A stretch of DNA of 64,000 nucleotides from Octopus vulgaris (lineage: Eukaryota): positions 74,090,001 to 74,154,000 of the forward strand of contig OX597826.1 in NCBI GenBank assembly GCA_951406725.2, given 5' to 3'. A program made the translations under genes and the position numbers. Positions within the stretch are counted from its first letter, which is position 1; every line of letters begins with the position of its first letter. The notes beneath the pieces were generated by a model, which did not search any database, was not told the DNA's origin, and worked only from the letters and a program-made list of their open reading frames with translations. This document shows positions 60,815 to 64,000 of this stretch, piece by piece.

Positions 60815-62539
60815 GTATGTATAACGAATTCAGAATGAATGACTGCGTATAGAAAAAACGCGCTTCTGTCCCATATTTCTATCTAAACATATAGACAAGA
60901 TGTTGATTTCACTGTCGCTGCCGAGCCCCAGGTAAGCTCAAAACAAACGGACCTGTGATGATTTGATAAAACCCCCAGATATTGTTGTATAAGTCCCAGA
61001 TTAACCCTGACCGAACAGACCTACGATAACCACTAGATGCTGCTGCAGCTGTTGTTTTTGCGTGGCTCCGGGTTAGTCCGAAACTAAACCACGAGATGTT
61101 TATTTTGGAATGAAAAGAGAAACAATAGAAATAAAAGTACATAAAGGTCTCTTCAGCTACTCAATTATTCCATTAGGCGACATACCTAGCTAGCGCTGAC
61201 CACAGCCAATACATTGTCTGCCTGCTTCAAGGGATTCCACTACTAAATTATTCCATTCTTTTTGCACGATATTCAGCTGTTAAGTTCGTCCGTCAATGTG
61301 TTCAAATTCTTTCACTGTTCACACGTTTATAAAACAAGTTTCTGAAAAATTTTAACTTGTCTTGTAAATAATAATAATAATAAAAGACATGTGAGCAAAA
61401 ATGAATGGAAAGAAAAAGGTAGAAAGCTCAAATAGTTAACTTGCAAACCAGCTTGTTAGCTCGGCTAATTGAAGAATAGACACATAGGTATCTAAATGAA
61501 TGCACACATTGGCATATAGACAAATAGATACTAAATAGACACGTTGGGAGATAGATTGATTGTTGCTGATTCGGACCACCGCACGTTTCTTAGGATTCTT
61601 GTGACTATGTCTAAAATAGATGAATTATTAGATAAACAGATGGATAAGTAGATAGAAAGATACTAGAAGAAGGGGAATGGATGGAAATGTCGATGAGAGG
61701 AGATAAAACATAAATAGAAGTGACGAACGTTTTTGCATTGCACGAGTGGTTATAGATATGAAAAATTAGAGGTAGATATACTTTGAAGCATGTATTTATG
61801 TAGAGTGCATCTCTTTCGGCCATATCTTTGCAGTTCTTTTCCTTCGGTCATTCGTTATCTTGTTCAAAGCTTAGCAATTCAGAAACCCCTGCTCCCCATC
61901 ACCCCCTTTTTACAAACATGCCAACACATTTGAATGGGTCTCAACCTCATATTCGATAATCTGATTCGATCTCTATAAATCATGGCCCACGTAACTGCTA
62001 TGTTGTAATACTTACTATAGGACTAGGAGATATTATCTGGAAAAAAGTTTGTGACTGTAACTAGAGTCCCGGTAGGCAGTTATGATACAATAAATAAGAA
62101 TAAAGCAATTCAGGGTGGCCAGATCACGTAAGAGGCATTGTTAGTCCGACTTGCTAATTATGAATCGCATAACTGTCAAGTTTTATCGGAATTGTTCTTT
62201 AACGAATGTATTGTATTTATTTACAGCTGACACGTGATACATGCTTTGGTTAATTTTAGCCACTACGACCAGGCCATGCTAGAGCACTCACCGCCTTTAT
62301 GTAATGCATTCTTATCGGAAACTAAACTAAAATAGAAATCGTGATTTAAAACAACAAACACCCTGTTTATCAAATAATTCATTGTAATATTCTTGCGAAA
62401 ATTCATACCTAGACATATTCCATTATATCCCAAAGACATGGATGTCCTTAGAAGACCTTCAGCTCACTCATTTATCACAAATATTTTGCCTGTAATAATA
62501 ACAACGGGGTTCATTCGAAAGATCCCTCTAGAGTAATGT

Positions 62540-62902
62540 TACTCGTCAGGGTGCGTATTTCGGAGGTTAAGGAGTTTTCCCAGGTCGAGTCGCTACTTCT
62601 CCATAATTGAGAGGTCATATCTCCGGTACATCGGACATGTGATTAGAATGTCGCAAGAAAGAACGGCAAGGCAGATTCTTCCTGCTGATCCAACCGGTAG
62701 GAGACCTAGGAACTGATCAAGAACGAGATGGCTGGATAATATTCATTGCCTCAATTGGTCACGCTTGGGAATCCAACCGAAAAATGTAACGATGGTTGCT
62801 TTTGAAGGATGCTATGGAGTAAGATGCCTGATGACTCTACCCCTACAACTCTCCCAGGAATAATGGGTAGAGAAGATGGATAGAGGGGTGGATGGATGGA
62901 TG
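62540..62902 (+). mobile_element. RTE-type LINE 3' end fragment
   Basis: GHVIRMSQERTARQILPADPTGRRPRN..RTRWLDNI followed by a (GATG)n tail. Confidence 0.65.
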
Positions 62903-64000
62903 GTTTTAGCAGGGACAAGACCTACTCAGACGAAGTATATTTCCTGGTTATTTCTAAGACACAATACAATATTATTTTTACTTTCCCAAGAATAAAAATC
63001 TTCACTATTTTTCTCAAATTAAGAACTTGCAATTAAATGTACGAAGGGAAAAAGTTAAGTCGAATTTAAAACGATTTTATGCCTTATAAGGTTTTCGCGG
63101 TGACCACCCTCAGTCATCTAAACAAAAGGAAAAGTTCACACTTTAAAATCTTCTGCTTGTCGTCGCTTCTTTTTTTTTTCGACTTGTCAACACCGAATCA
63201 TGAGTGCTAATTGACCGTAATACTTTAAGCATGTATTTGTGTCTGTTATATACCACTTAACCTACTGAAATAGTCGACAGTATACATGTGACACCAAACT
63301 GGCCATGTAACTTCTTTAATGATTGTTAATGTCTCCAGACAAAGTTGTTGCCAGGGAGATAATGGTTCTGGAACCCGAGTCATCGTCCTATACAACAAAC
63401 GGTGGCTTCGAAAACTTCCATAAGTATAGAGAAACAAACCCAGGTTGGTATGTGTGATCGGATTAAAATTTAGCGTGTGAAGAGAGATTAAATGACAGTT
63501 TTGTACATTACATACTTGTCGGTAATGAAATAATGAGTCAACCCCTACTTATTTGATGTCAAGACCTCGTGTTTAAACTCTGATAAATACCGGACTCAAA
63601 TGAACTCATCCACTCTACCAATTAGTGTTTGTGTTTTATACCAACCAAACCACTCACTGTTTCAGCACATGCTCTCAAATGGTAAACACTCATTTCAACA
63701 ACTCACTTTTGATTCTTAACACTTAATTAAATTGTATTATTCCAAGAACGTTAGTGTGTATGAGTTTGCGTATGTATGGTAGAGATAAATGGATAGATAG
63801 ATAGATAGATAGAGAGATAGAGAGAGAGAGAGAGAGGTGGGGAGACTTCGGTTTGTTAGGTTTCTATTGCCTATGGTCAACAGTTGGTCAACAGAGCATA
63901 CACAACAGTACTTAGTGTTTGAGGCTTTGGTGGCGGAATAATCCCCATAATTAAGAACGTTATTTGAACTGATTTCTTCTTTAAATACCAACCTGCCTTA

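Overview
AT-rich, repeat-dense eukaryotic DNA. The tRNA-derived SINE families and (TA)n/(GATA)n/(TAA)n tracts suggest an octopus or another coleoid cephalopod (inference). Two host genes are supported. The first is a complete 7-exon proteolipid/M6 (PLP/DM20/GPM6 family) gene on the + strand (25663-44310, 245 aa, all introns GT-AG and in phase). The second is the first coding exon of TAF7 on the - strand (2551-2673), which continues out of the window. The rest is mostly SINEs, MITEs and decayed Helitron, piggyBac, hAT, RTE, CR1, L1/Tx1, R4/Dong and CRE fragments. Almost all ORFs in the supplied track are repeat artefacts. The most striking unannotated signal is a set of about seven unrelated short-repeat families, each carrying a minimal type I hammerhead ribozyme fold with a tiny or palindromic stem III. 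Several have non-canonical cores (U4C, compensatory U3-A8, A6U). Most lie in inverted-repeat cassettes inside (TA)n tracts, five families cluster at 12.9-15.9 kb, and the layout resembles Penelope-like/retrozyme elements. A second oddity is a ~3 kb composite satellite (48.7-51.7 kb) whose 34-bp unit comes from an internal segment of the dominant SINE. All folds and translations were done by eye; no search was run.
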